Source of the DNA: Gemmatimonadota bacterium
GTDB lineage: Bacteria; Gemmatimonadota; Gemmatimonadetes; Palauibacterales; Palauibacteraceae
Direction of reading: 5' to 3'
Assembly: GCA_022825725.1 (NCBI GenBank)
Contig: JAJDWE010000033.1
Coordinates: forward strand, 87,926 to 151,925
DNA: 64,000 nt
Shown: one piece after another, positions 47,392-57,247 of the stretch
How positions within the stretch are numbered: the first letter of the stretch is position 1
How the letters are laid out: every line of letters starts with the position of its first letter
Notes under the pieces: generated by a model
The model's database searches: none
What the model was told of the DNA's origin: nothing
The model's input: only the letters and a program-made list of their open reading frames with translations
Position numbers and translations under genes: made by a program

Positions 47392-48611
47392 CGGCGGACG
47401 CGCAGCCACCAGTTCCCCAGCCACAGGCCCGAGCGGGCCGAGACGAACGCGATCGGCAGCGCCCACCACGCCGCGGCGACAAACCGCGATGCGGAGAACT
47501 CGCCTGCGAGGTACGGGCCGCCGTGCCAGAACACGTTCTGCCAGGCGCCGGGCGCCGCCGTGTAGCCCCACGTGTCGCCCTGGAAGAAGTAGTTCCGTGC
47601 CCCCTCGGAGAGCATGAAGTCGGCGAAAACCCACTGGATCGCGCCGAAGAGGGCCACGAAGGCGACGCCCCCCACGGCCGCGATCCGCCAGTCCGCCGAT
47701 CTCCGCTCAGGCGCCTCGCCCGGCGCCGAATGTCGCCGCAGCAGGAGGTCGATCACGATCGCCGGCGCGAACAGGAGGAGCGGGAACTCGGGCGCCACCA
47801 TGTGGGTGACCGGACGCAGGATCGGCGCGAGCATCGGCTCCGCCGGGAAGAGCGGCAACACCCACATCATCGCGAGCGAGACGCCGGTATAGACGAGCGC
47901 CGCGCACGTCGCCGGCCACCGCATCTGCCCGGCCCTCCCGATGGCGAAGAGGAGGACGGGAAAGACCGCCGCCATGATGAGGTGGAACGTCGCCCCGTGC
48001 ATCTGGTTCGGGAACGTGTACTCCAGCAGCAGCACGGAAAGCGACAGGATCAGCATCGCGGCGCTGAACACGTAGGCCCCCGCGAGCTTGCGCCGGCCCG
48101 CCTCCGAGGCCCGGTTGTGCCACGACAGCGCCATCAGCAGAGCGCCCACCTGGATCGCATAGATCCCAAGCGCCAGGACCACGTGGGGCGGGCTCAGGAT
48201 CTCGACGTCGAGCCCGTACGCGTTGTGCCACCAGTCGTCGAGCGGCGCGGACGTGAGCATGGCGATCGCGCCCCAGATCGCCACCCAGGCCCCGAGCGGC
48301 GCCCGGAAACCCCACATGCGGACGGAGCGTCCGACCTCCGCATCCGTCCCCGAGAACGTCGTCTTCAGCGCGAGCCATCCGCACGACAGCCCCGCCGCCA
48401 GCCCGCCCGCGTAGACGAGCAGGTGGGCGGGCGTGAAGAGGGTGTCCCGCCCGATCGTCCGGTGCCACGAGATGTCCCAGGTGATGCCCACGATCACGGC
48501 CGCCGAGGCGAAGAGGATCGCGGTCAGAGGCCACGGGATGCTGTCCGCCGACTCCGCCGCGCCCTCGCGCCTCGCGAGGACAGAGGCAGGTGCTGCTGTC
48601 GATTCCATCGC
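47388..48611 (-). CDS. Hypothetical polytopic integral membrane protein (about 10 TM, Trp-rich).
   Basis: Start chosen at MESTAAPASVL, before the first TM (PWPLTAILFASAAVIVGITW). There are several conserved-looking W/H residues in the loops (WHRT, DDWWHNAYG). No family is recognised. Confidence 0.5.
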   Translation of the reverse strand, partial: AMESTAAPASVLARREGAAESADSIPWPLTAILFASAAVIVGITWDISWHRTIGRDTLFTPAHLLVYAGGLAAGLSCGWLALKTTFSGTDAEVGRSVRMWGFRAPLGAWVAIWGAIAMLTSAPLDDWWHNAYGLDVEILSPPHVVLALGIYAIQVGALLMALSWHNRASEAGRRKLAGAYVFSAAMLILSLSVLLLEYTFPNQMHGATFHLIMAAVFPVLLFAIGRAGQMRWPATCAALVYTGVSLAMMWVLPLFPAEPMLAPILRPVTHMVAPEFPLLLFAPAIVIDLLLRRHSAPGEAPERRSADWRIAAVGGVAFVALFGAIQWVFADFMLSEGARNYFFQGDTWGYTAAPGAWQNVFWHGGPYLAGEFSASRFVAAAWWALPIAFVSARSGLWLGNWWLRVRR

Positions 48612-48727
48612 TTTCCCCCGAAATCCTTCCTCCCGCAGCCGGCTACTCAATGGGCTGCGGGCTATCGACACATCCGATCCACCGCCCGAAGATAGGTCTG
48701 GTTCAACCGAGATGCAGGAGATTCGAC

Positions 48728-50227
48728 GTGAGACCAGAGAGATTCCGGCACCCGCGCCCGGGGTGGCCCGCGAGCGCGGTCGCCGCAGCGGCCCTCGCCC
48801 TTGGCATCGTCGGCTGCGCCGGGCCGGACCCGACATCGGACCCCGCCGCCTCCGACTCGTCCCCTGCCTCGCTTACGGCGGAGCAGATCGACGCGATTCA
48901 CGCCATCGCCGCGTCCCCGATCGAGGCGGGTCGCGCCGCGGGCATGTCGATCGCCGTCGTGCGCGGGACGGACACGCTCCTGATCGAGGAGTTCGGTCAC
49001 GCCGACCTCGAACTCGGCGTGCTCACGCCCCCGGACGCCGTCTACGAGGTCGGGTCCGTGACCAAGCAGTTCACCGCGGCCGCCGTTCTCCTCCTGCGGG
49101 AGGAAGGGAAGCTCTCCCTCGACGACCCGCTCACGAGGTGGCTGCCCGACTACCCCGTCGGGGACCGGACCGTCACCGTCCGGCAACTCCTGGACCACAC
49201 CTCGGGCATCAAGGGCTACACCGAGATGGAGCATCTCTGGGCGGAACTCGCTCCCCTCGAACTCCCGCGGGACACGCTCGTCACGCTCTTCTCCGCCGAG
49301 CCCTTCGATTTCGAACCCGGCACGGCGATGACCTACAACAACTCGGGCTACTTCCTCGCCGGACTCGTCATCGAGGCGGCGAGCGGGATGAGCTACGAGG
49401 ACTTCGTCGAGGGGCGCCTCTTCGGCGAGGCCGGGATGGAGAACTCCCGCTACTGCCACAAGGACGAACTCACCCCGAACCGCGCGAAGGGGTACGAGCC
49501 GGGCGACGACGGGCTGCACCCGGCGCCCTACCTCGACCACCAGTGGCCCTACGCCGCGGGATCGCTCTGCTCCACGGTGCGCGACCTCGTCGCCTGGAAT
49601 CAGGCCCTCCACGGGGATGGGGAGGGCGGCGAGATCCTGACTCCCGAGAGCTATCGCCTGATGATCACGCCCGAGCCCCTGCTGGACGGCACGGATCTGC
49701 GCTACGCGAAGGGTCTCGCGATCACGGATCGGGATGGGACCCCGCGGATCGGACATGGCGGCGGGATCTTCGGCTACGTCACCGACCTCCGCTACGTCCC
49801 ATCCGAGGATCTGTCCATCGCGGTGCTCATCAACACAGCCGGAGGCGCCTCGCCCGGGGGGATCGCGGGAGAGATCGAAGACGTGGTGCTCGGCGCGCCG
49901 GCGGAGCCCGTCGCGGTGCCTTTCGAAGGCGATCCCTCACCCTACGCGGGCCGCTACGAGGGTCCCGCCCGCGGCCAGCGGATCACCGCGACGGTGGCGG
50001 CCGAGGACGGACAACTGACGATCGACACGGGAGGCGGCGAGCCGGCCACCCTCTCGTGGCTTGGCGGCGACGAATTCGCGGATGGGCGAACCCTTTATCG
50101 GTCCATCCGCGGAGGAGATGCCGGAGGCGCCGAAGCCGCCGGAGGTGCCGGCGCTGCCGCCCCCTTCAGTGAACTTCGGATGGACGTCGTTTCGGGACAC
50201 TTCGTCCTGCGGAGGATGACCCCATGA
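48728..50227 (+). CDS. Class C beta-lactamase / penicillin-binding-protein-like serine hydrolase, lipoprotein.
   Basis: GTG start giving VRPERFRHPRPGWPASAVAAAALALGIVGC (lipobox). The SVTKQF (SxxK) active-site motif and YNNSGY (YxN) are present. Confidence 0.8.
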   Translation: MRPERFRHPRPGWPASAVAAAALALGIVGCAGPDPTSDPAASDSSPASLTAEQIDAIHAIAASPIEAGRAAGMSIAVVRGTDTLLIEEFGHADLELGVLTPPDAVYEVGSVTKQFTAAAVLLLREEGKLSLDDPLTRWLPDYPVGDRTVTVRQLLDHTSGIKGYTEMEHLWAELAPLELPRDTLVTLFSAEPFDFEPGTAMTYNNSGYFLAGLVIEAASGMSYEDFVEGRLFGEAGMENSRYCHKDELTPNRAKGYEPGDDGLHPAPYLDHQWPYAAGSLCSTVRDLVAWNQALHGDGEGGEILTPESYRLMITPEPLLDGTDLRYAKGLAITDRDGTPRIGHGGGIFGYVTDLRYVPSEDLSIAVLINTAGGASPGGIAGEIEDVVLGAPAEPVAVPFEGDPSPYAGRYEGPARGQRITATVAAEDGQLTIDTGGGEPATLSWLGGDEFADGRTLYRSIRGGDAGGAEAAGGAGAAAPFSELRMDVVSGHFVLRRMTP

Positions 50228-52062
50228 CCACGCATCGAACCCCTGCTCGCCGCGCTCGCAGCGTGTTCCCCGCGGGGCTGGTCCCGGCCGTCACGGCCCT
50301 TGCCGCCGCGTCGGCCACATCCGCCGCTCCCGCGTCCGCCCAGGAGGTCGCGGGGCTCGTCGGGGCGGAATCGAGCGAACTCGCACCGGTCGTGGAGCGC
50401 TACTCCGCGGACCGCGTCGCCCTCGGCCGCCGCTGGACCGTCTCCTACTCTCCCGAGCGCAACGCGCGCTTCAACGAGTTCTTCTCCGGCTGGCAGCGGG
50501 AGATCGACGCGCTTGATTTTGAGGCGCTGAGTCTCGAGGGACGCGTGGACTACGTCCTCCTCCTCAACGAACTGCGCTACCAGCTGGACCTGCTGACGCG
50601 CGAGGCGGGGCTCGCCGCCGAGATGGACGGATTCATCTCCTTCACCTCGCTCATCGTGGAACTGGAGGAGCGCCGCCGGCGTCGCGAGCCGGTGGAGTCG
50701 GAGGCGGCCGCCGCCCGCCTCGCGGAGCTCCCCGCCGAGATCGAGGCCGTCCGAGGCGAAGTCGAGGCCCGGCTCGAGGGCGGGGAAGACGTCTCGCGGA
50801 TCGTCGCGCTGCGGGCGGTGACGGCGCTCGCCGAGCGCACGCGGCTCCTCGAAGACTGGTACGAGCATTACGCCGGCTACGATCCCGTCTTCACCTGGTG
50901 GAACGAGGACCCGTACGCCCGCGCCAGGGCCGCGCTCGACGGCTACGCGACCTTCCTGCGCGAGTCGGTCATCGGCTACCGCGAGGGCGAGGACGAACCC
51001 ATCGTCGGCGACCCGATCGGCGCGGAGGGTCTCGCCGCGGACCTGCGCCGCGAGATGATCCCCTACAGCCCTGCGGAGCTCATCGCGATCGCCGAGCGCG
51101 AGTACGCGTGGTGCGAGGAGCGGATGATCGAGGCCTCCCGCGAACTCGGCTACGGGGACGACTGGCGGGCGGCCCTCGAGTACGTGAAGACGCTGCACCG
51201 TGACCCCGGCGACCAGCCGCAGATGATCCGCGAACTCGCCGACGAGGCGCTCGCATTCGTCACGGAGCGCGACCTCGTCACCGTCCCCCCGCTCGCCGAC
51301 GAGATCTGGCGCATCGAGATGATGTCGCCCGAGCGGCAGAAAGTGTCGCCCTTCTTCCTCGGCGGAGAGGTGATCCAGGTCTCCTTCCCCACCGACGGGA
51401 TGGAGCACGAGTACAAGCTCATGAGCATGCGGGGGAACAACGAACACTTCTCCCGCGCGACGGTTCACCACGAACTCATTCCGGGACACCACCTGCAGGG
51501 GTTCATGACGAGCCGCTTCAACTCCCACCGGCGCGCGTTCTCCACCCCGTTCTGGGGCGAGGGGTGGGCGCTCTACTGGGAGATGCTGCTCTGGGATCTC
51601 GACTTCCCGTCCACCCCCGAGGATCGCATCGGCATGCTCTTCTGGCGCATGCACCGCACGGCCCGGATCATCTTCTCCCTCTCCTTCCACCTCGAGCGCA
51701 TGACCCCGCAGGAGGCGATCGATTTCCTCGTCGAGCGCGTGGGGCACGAGCGCGCGAACGCCGAGGCGGAGGTGCGGCGGAGCTTCAACGGCTCCTACTC
51801 CCCGCTGTACCAGGTCGCCTACATGATCGGCGGGCTCCAGTTCCGGGCCCTGCACGAACAACTCGTGCAGTCGGGGGAGATAACGAACCGCGCCTTCCAC
51901 GACGCGATCCTCAAGGGCGGCCGGATGCCGGTCGAGATGGTGCGCGCGCGCCTGCTCGGCGAGGCGCCGGCGAGGGACTTCGAATCGGCGTGGCGCTTCC
52001 AGGGCGACCCGCTGCGCCGTACGACGTCCGAGGAACCGGCCGTGCCGGAGACCGCACACTGA
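50224..52062 (+). CDS. DUF885 family protein (putative secreted metallopeptidase-like).
   Basis: Signal peptide. HHELIPGHHLQ (HExxPGHH) is the DUF885 hallmark. Confidence 0.75.
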   Translation: MTTHRTPARRARSVFPAGLVPAVTALAAASATSAAPASAQEVAGLVGAESSELAPVVERYSADRVALGRRWTVSYSPERNARFNEFFSGWQREIDALDFEALSLEGRVDYVLLLNELRYQLDLLTREAGLAAEMDGFISFTSLIVELEERRRRREPVESEAAAARLAELPAEIEAVRGEVEARLEGGEDVSRIVALRAVTALAERTRLLEDWYEHYAGYDPVFTWWNEDPYARARAALDGYATFLRESVIGYREGEDEPIVGDPIGAEGLAADLRREMIPYSPAELIAIAEREYAWCEERMIEASRELGYGDDWRAALEYVKTLHRDPGDQPQMIRELADEALAFVTERDLVTVPPLADEIWRIEMMSPERQKVSPFFLGGEVIQVSFPTDGMEHEYKLMSMRGNNEHFSRATVHHELIPGHHLQGFMTSRFNSHRRAFSTPFWGEGWALYWEMLLWDLDFPSTPEDRIGMLFWRMHRTARIIFSLSFHLERMTPQEAIDFLVERVGHERANAEAEVRRSFNGSYSPLYQVAYMIGGLQFRALHEQLVQSGEITNRAFHDAILKGGRMPVEMVRARLLGEAPARDFESAWRFQGDPLRRTTSEEPAVPETAH

Positions 52063-52081
52063 CGCGCTGAAAGGAAGACAC

Positions 52082-53998
52082 ATGGCTCGCGACCCGCAGT
52101 TGACGGCGATCACCGGTATCATCCTCGCTCTGGGCGCCGCGGCTGGCGGCGGGAGCGAGCTTCACGCGCAGAACAGCGGCGAGGACGGCGTCCTCTCGGT
52201 CGACCAGCTCCTCTCCATCGAGTCCGTCGTCGGAGGCGCACCCGCCTGGTCCCCGGACGGCTCCGCGATCCTGTTCGAGTCCGGGCTCTCGGGCGGTCTC
52301 ATGACCCTGCCTCCCGAGGGCGGCTTCCCCACGCGCGTGCCCGTGGACATGGGCAGCTCCGGCCACTTCCTCTCCTCCCAGATGCCGGGCTGGTCCCCGT
52401 CCGGGACGTGGATCTCCTACGTGTCGGACAAGAGCGGCGCCCCCGAGATCTGGCTCTGGTCGACGCGGGACGGGGTCGACGTCCAGCTCACCGACCTCGG
52501 CGCGCGCATAAACTCCATGCGCTGGTCCCCTGACGAACGCTCCATCGTCTTCGCCGGAGACCGCTACGGGAACTACGACATCTGGAAGGTGGACGTCGCC
52601 ACCCGCCGCGTGGACCGTCTCACCGAGGACAAGCGCTACGAGGTCTTCCCGACCTGGACGCCGGACTCACGCCACATCCTCTACGTCCGCCTCGACGAGG
52701 CGTGGGAGGACCACGACGTGATCGAGGTCGATGCCGCCGGCGACAGCCCGCGGACGGTGATCGAGGACCGCGACTTCTTCGACTACGGGGCGGGCGCCAC
52801 GTTCGGGTATCCGAGCGTATCCCCGGACGGCAGCCAGATCCTCTTCCGCTCCCACCGGAGCGGCTGGATCAACTATTGGCTCGCGCCCCGGGATGGAGGC
52901 GACCCCCGCCCGGTCGCCCCAGCGGAGGCCGACCAGAGCGCTGCGGCGTGGTCCCCCGATGGACGCTGGATCGCCTACACCGAGAACCATAACGGGCACC
53001 ACGACCTGCGCGTCGTGTCGGCGGACGGCGGCGAGCCGCGGGTGCTCGTGTCGCCGAAAGGCGGCGTCGCGTCGAGCCCCTCGTGGTCTCCGGACGGCCA
53101 GGCGATCGCGTACCTGCAGGAAGACCTGCTGAGCCCGCGCGACCTCCACGTCGTCTCACGCGAGAACGGGAGCAGCCGGCGGCTCACCTCCTCCATGCCC
53201 GCCGGCAACTTCGGCGCCCGGCTCGTCGCGCCGGAGAAGATCCATTACGAAAGCACGGATGGATACTCGATCCCCGCCTACCTCTACCGGCCGCCGGGGG
53301 CCGCGGCCGGCGACGACCTGCCCGGCGTGATGTGGATCCACGGGGGTCCCACGTCGCAGTTCCACGACACCTTCCAGCAGCACGTGCAGTTCTTCGTCCA
53401 GAGGGGATACGTCGTCCTCCTGCCCAACATCCGCGGGAGTTCGGGCTACGGGAAGGCGTTCGCCGACGCGAACAACGGCTGCTGGGGGCACTGCGACCTG
53501 GAGGATGTCGTCGCGGGGGCGGACTACCTGCGGGCGCTCCCAGGGGTCGACCCGGAGCGGATCGGGATCACGGGGACGAGCTACGGCGGCGTGATGAGCA
53601 TGTACGCGGTGGCTTTCGCGCCGGACGCCTTCCGCGCGGCGATCCCGGGATCGGGATACACGGATTGGGTCCACTTCCAGCACGGCGAGAACGAACTCCG
53701 GCACATCAAGCTGCTCGACCACGAACTCGGCCCGTTCGAGACGAGCGAGGACGTGTGGAGCCACAGTTCGTCGATCTCGCACGTCGCCGACGTCTCGACG
53801 CCGATCCTCCTCGTGCATGGCGTCGGCCGCTATCCGGGCTCGGACCAGTCCGAGATCTTCGCGCGGGCGCTGGAGAACTACTACAAGCCCTTCCAGTACA
53901 AGACGTACCCGAACGAGAACTACTACGTGTACGGGAAGGCGAACCGCCGGCAGATGCTCCTCGACATGCTCGACTTCTTCGAGCAGTTCCTGAAGTGA
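52082..53998 (+). CDS. S9 family serine peptidase (prolyl oligopeptidase / acylaminoacyl-peptidase-like) with N-terminal TolB-like beta-propeller.
   Basis: WSPDG repeats in the N-terminal half. The C-terminal alpha/beta hydrolase carries GTSYGG (GxSxGG nucleophile), and the Asp/His region is DWVHFQHG...LLVHG. Confidence 0.85.
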   Translation: MARDPQLTAITGIILALGAAAGGGSELHAQNSGEDGVLSVDQLLSIESVVGGAPAWSPDGSAILFESGLSGGLMTLPPEGGFPTRVPVDMGSSGHFLSSQMPGWSPSGTWISYVSDKSGAPEIWLWSTRDGVDVQLTDLGARINSMRWSPDERSIVFAGDRYGNYDIWKVDVATRRVDRLTEDKRYEVFPTWTPDSRHILYVRLDEAWEDHDVIEVDAAGDSPRTVIEDRDFFDYGAGATFGYPSVSPDGSQILFRSHRSGWINYWLAPRDGGDPRPVAPAEADQSAAAWSPDGRWIAYTENHNGHHDLRVVSADGGEPRVLVSPKGGVASSPSWSPDGQAIAYLQEDLLSPRDLHVVSRENGSSRRLTSSMPAGNFGARLVAPEKIHYESTDGYSIPAYLYRPPGAAAGDDLPGVMWIHGGPTSQFHDTFQQHVQFFVQRGYVVLLPNIRGSSGYGKAFADANNGCWGHCDLEDVVAGADYLRALPGVDPERIGITGTSYGGVMSMYAVAFAPDAFRAAIPGSGYTDWVHFQHGENELRHIKLLDHELGPFETSEDVWSHSSSISHVADVSTPILLVHGVGRYPGSDQSEIFARALENYYKPFQYKTYPNENYYVYGKANRRQMLLDMLDFFEQFLK

Positions 53999-54666
53999 CG
54001 GTCGCGGGGCACGCCGCGCGTTTCCTCGCGGCGACTCTCATCCTCGTGGGCTGCGAGCGCGTCGAGCCCGTCCCATCCTCCGATGTCGGGGCGGAGGCCA
54101 TCGCTCTCCGCGCCGCGACGGAGGCCGGCCCGGTGGAAGTGGCCGTGGAGACGAGCCAGGGGGAGTTCGTCATCGCCGTCCACCGCGAGTGGGCGCCGCT
54201 GGGGGCCGAGCGGTTTCTCACTCTCGTCGAATCCGGCTATTACGACGACGCCCGTTTCCACCGCGTCGTCCCCGACTTCATCGTGCAGTGGGGACTCGCC
54301 GGCGACCCCGCCCTCACCGCCGAGTGGATGAACGCCTACATCCCCGACGACCCCGTCGCCGCCTCCAACACCCGCGGCCGCATCGCCTTCGCCTTCACCG
54401 ACCCCGGGACCCGCGCGACCCAGGTGTATATCAGCCTCGTGGACAACGTGCGCCTCGACTCGACGGGATTCGCCCCCTTCGGCGAGATCGTGAGCGGGAT
54501 GGACGTCGTGGATGCGCTGTACTCGGGCTACGGAGAGAACTCGGGCGGCGGCCTGCGGCGAGGCGACCAGAGCCGCATCGTCACCGAGGGCAACAGCTAC
54601 CTCGACCGCGAATACCCGCTCCTGGATCGCCTCATCAGAGCTGCTCCTCGCGGCGCCCCGAAGTAG
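53995..54666 (+). CDS. Cyclophilin-type peptidyl-prolyl cis-trans isomerase (lipoprotein/secreted).
   Basis: GTG start overlapping the S9 stop. Lipobox LILVGC. FHRVVPDFIVQWG and MNAYIPDD...FAPFGEIVSGMDVVD are cyclophilin motifs. Confidence 0.8.
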   Translation: MTVAGHAARFLAATLILVGCERVEPVPSSDVGAEAIALRAATEAGPVEVAVETSQGEFVIAVHREWAPLGAERFLTLVESGYYDDARFHRVVPDFIVQWGLAGDPALTAEWMNAYIPDDPVAASNTRGRIAFAFTDPGTRATQVYISLVDNVRLDSTGFAPFGEIVSGMDVVDALYSGYGENSGGGLRRGDQSRIVTEGNSYLDREYPLLDRLIRAAPRGAPK

Positions 54667-55483
54667 ACCGTTCCTGCTCGGCCTCCTGCCTCGCTCTGTC
54701 ACGGTCGTACAGTTCCTCGCGAGTCAGGTTGTCCGACATTCGCAGTCCCACCCCGCGGGCATCGAAATCCTCGAATACCAACTGTGACCTCTGCAGGCGG
54801 ATCAGTTCGTCGGCGCCTGCTGCCCCCAACGCGAGTAGCTCGTCCAACTCGTCGCGCGTGAAAGGCGCGCCCTCCGCCGTTCCTTGCACCTCGACCAGGC
54901 GTCCGTCCTCGAGGTGGACGAAATTGAAGTCGACGTCCGCCGCGGCGTCCTCCACGTACTCCAGGTCGAGCCTCGCCTCGCCGTCCACCATGCCGGCGCT
55001 GATCGCGGCGACCCACTGGCGGAGCGGGCTGGCCTGGAGAACACCGTCCGACACCAGGCGCTGGAAGGCCATCTCGAGTGCCACACAGGCCCCCGTGATC
55101 GAGGCCGTGCGGGTGCCGCCGTCGGCGACGAGGACGTCGCAGTCCACCGTCACGGTTCGTTCGCCGAGCGCCGTGAGGTCGACCGCGGCCCGTAGCGAGC
55201 GGCCGATGAGGCGCTGGATTTCCTGGGTGCGGCCTCTCGCGCCGCGCCGCTCCCGGCGGGTGCGCTCGGCCGTGGCCCGGGGCAGCATGGCGTACTCGCC
55301 CGTGACCCAGCCGCCGCGGCCCTCGCGCCACGGCGGGACGCTTTCGTCGACGGAGGCCGTGCAAAGCACGCGCGTCATCCCCATCGTGATCGTGCAGGAT
55401 CCCTCGGCGAAGGGGGCCGTTCCCGTCTCCAGGGTCGTGGGTCGCAGGGCGTCCAGCGCCCGGCCGTGTGGACGTGCCGGCAT
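54635..55483 (-). CDS. rph: Ribonuclease PH.
   Basis: Collinear with E. coli Rph (GTAPFAEGSCTITMGMTRVLCTASV...TQEIQRLIGRSLRAAVDL...DCDVLVADGGTRTASITGACVAL), plus a charged C-terminal extension of about 40 aa. Confidence 0.9.
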   Translation of the reverse strand: MPARPHGRALDALRPTTLETGTAPFAEGSCTITMGMTRVLCTASVDESVPPWREGRGGWVTGEYAMLPRATAERTRRERRGARGRTQEIQRLIGRSLRAAVDLTALGERTVTVDCDVLVADGGTRTASITGACVALEMAFQRLVSDGVLQASPLRQWVAAISAGMVDGEARLDLEYVEDAAADVDFNFVHLEDGRLVEVQGTAEGAPFTRDELDELLALGAAGADELIRLQRSQLVFEDFDARGVGLRMSDNLTREELYDRDRARQEAEQERSTSGRREEQL

Positions 55484-55521
55484 GGGGCAGCCTCGGTCGA
55501 AGGTCGAAAAGGGAAAAACCG

Positions 55522-57198
55522 ATGAACGTCGAGCGCGTTGAGAGTATGCCGGCCGCGACCCCGCTGCGATGGCGGATCCCTGCCGCGTGTCTGGTGCTGG
55601 CGGGCGTGACGGCGGCCTGCGCGCCGGGCGACGCCCCGGAGGCGGAAGCGGAGATCGTCCCGACGAGCGTGCTGTTCACCGGCGCGACGGTGATCGACGG
55701 ATCGGGAGAGGCCTCGTTCACGGCCGACGTGGCGGTGGAGGGCGACCGGATCACCTTCGTCGGCGACGCTGCGGAGAGCGAGGCGGCGCCCGCCACGCAG
55801 GACACGATCCCGCTCGACGGCCTCCTGCTCACGCCCGGCTTCATCGACATGCACAGCCACATCAGCGTCATCACCGTCGGCGAGGCGTACGGCCTCCCCG
55901 CGGTCGAATTCCTCACGCAAGGGATCACGACGGGCGTGATCGGGGTCGACGGCGCGAGCAGCACGGACCTCGCCGCGCTCTACGCGGACCTCGAGGCGTC
56001 GGGCGTCGGAAAGAACATCATCTCCTATATCGGACACGGCTCCGTCCGGGGGACGGTCATGGGCATGGACGGCCGCGCCCCGACCCCGGGCGAACTCGAC
56101 GAGATGAGGGCCCTCGTCCGGAAGGGGATGGAGGACGGCGCCTTCGGGCTTTCGACGGGACTCTTCTATACGCCCGGCTACTACGCGGAGGCCGACGAGG
56201 TCATCGAACTCGGCCGGGTGGCGGCGGAGTATCCCATCGGCGGCGAGCACGCCCCGGTCTACGACACCCACGACCGGGATCTCGGGGCGGCGTATCAGGG
56301 CATCGGTTACCACAACTCGATCCGTGAGGCCATCCACATCGGAGCGGAATCCGGGCTCCGCACGATTTTCAGCCACTTCAACGCGCAGGGGGCCGCGCTC
56401 TACGGGCGGGCCTCGGAGGGCGCGGCGATCATCGACTCGGCGCGCGCCGAGGGCATCGAGGTGGCGGGCGCCCAGCACGTCTACACGTCCACGATGTCGA
56501 GCCTGCGCGCCTACACGATCCCGCGCTGGGCGCAGGCCGGCGGTCCGGAGCAGATGGTGCGCCGCTTCGCCAACCCGGATACGGCCCGGATCCTCGACGT
56601 GCAGACGATGGAGATGCTCGAGATCCGAGGCGGGGCGGAGAAGATCGTGTTCGCCGACGCGCGGCCCGAGTTCAACGGCAAGACGCTGGCCGACGTGGCG
56701 GCCGAGCGCGGACTGCCCGTACCCGAGGCCGTGCGCGAGATCATGTCCGAGTCGAACCCGTGGGTGATGAACCGCGATCTCTACGACGTCGAGAACACGC
56801 GCTACCTCGCCACGATGCCGTGGATGATGACGTGCACCGACGGCGCGACGCCCGCCCCGGGCGCCGAGATCGTGCACCCCCGCGTGTACGGGACCTTCCC
56901 GAAGAAGATCAAGGACTTCGTGGACCGGGACGGCGCGATCGGGCTGCCGTTCGCGATCCGGGGCATGTCGGGCCTCGCCGCGGACTTCCTGCGTCTCGAT
57001 GACCGCGGTTATGTGCGCGAGGGGATGGTGGCCGACATCGCGGTCATCGATCTCGACCGGTTCACGGACCGCGCGACGTACGACGACCCGCACCAGTTGT
57101 CCGAGGGTGTCGTTCACCTGCTCGTGAACGGCCGCTTCGCGATCCGCGACGACGAGGTGACCGGCGAACTCGCCGGCCGTCCGTTGCGGCGACCTTGA
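55522..57198 (+). CDS. Amidohydrolase-superfamily N-acyl-D-amino-acid deacylase (D-aminoacylase)-like lipoprotein.
   Basis: Signal/lipobox LVLAGVTAAC. PGFIDMHSH, and a domain organisation typical of D-aminoacylases (small beta-domain plus TIM barrel, C-terminal ADIAVIDLD). Confidence 0.75.
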   Translation: MNVERVESMPAATPLRWRIPAACLVLAGVTAACAPGDAPEAEAEIVPTSVLFTGATVIDGSGEASFTADVAVEGDRITFVGDAAESEAAPATQDTIPLDGLLLTPGFIDMHSHISVITVGEAYGLPAVEFLTQGITTGVIGVDGASSTDLAALYADLEASGVGKNIISYIGHGSVRGTVMGMDGRAPTPGELDEMRALVRKGMEDGAFGLSTGLFYTPGYYAEADEVIELGRVAAEYPIGGEHAPVYDTHDRDLGAAYQGIGYHNSIREAIHIGAESGLRTIFSHFNAQGAALYGRASEGAAIIDSARAEGIEVAGAQHVYTSTMSSLRAYTIPRWAQAGGPEQMVRRFANPDTARILDVQTMEMLEIRGGAEKIVFADARPEFNGKTLADVAAERGLPVPEAVREIMSESNPWVMNRDLYDVENTRYLATMPWMMTCTDGATPAPGAEIVHPRVYGTFPKKIKDFVDRDGAIGLPFAIRGMSGLAADFLRLDDRGYVREGMVADIAVIDLDRFTDRATYDDPHQLSEGVVHLLVNGRFAIRDDEVTGELAGRPLRRP

Positions 57199-57247
57199 CA
57201 GCCGCGGAAGATCAGCGGCCACGTATCGACAGATCGGGAGCCAACCC

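Noticed and set aside
45886-47634. Possibility that the 582-aa ORF is translated from its first start (47634).
   Set aside because: The first 81 codons are Arg-rich and overlap the upstream membrane-protein gene by 246 bp. A GTG at 47391 gives a GTGA stop-start junction and a plausible signal/TM N-terminus.
53083-53994. N-terminal 300 aa of the 527-aa ORF 53083..54666.
   Set aside because: It lies out of frame over the S9 peptidase gene. The real gene is the cyclophilin, which starts with GTG at 53995.
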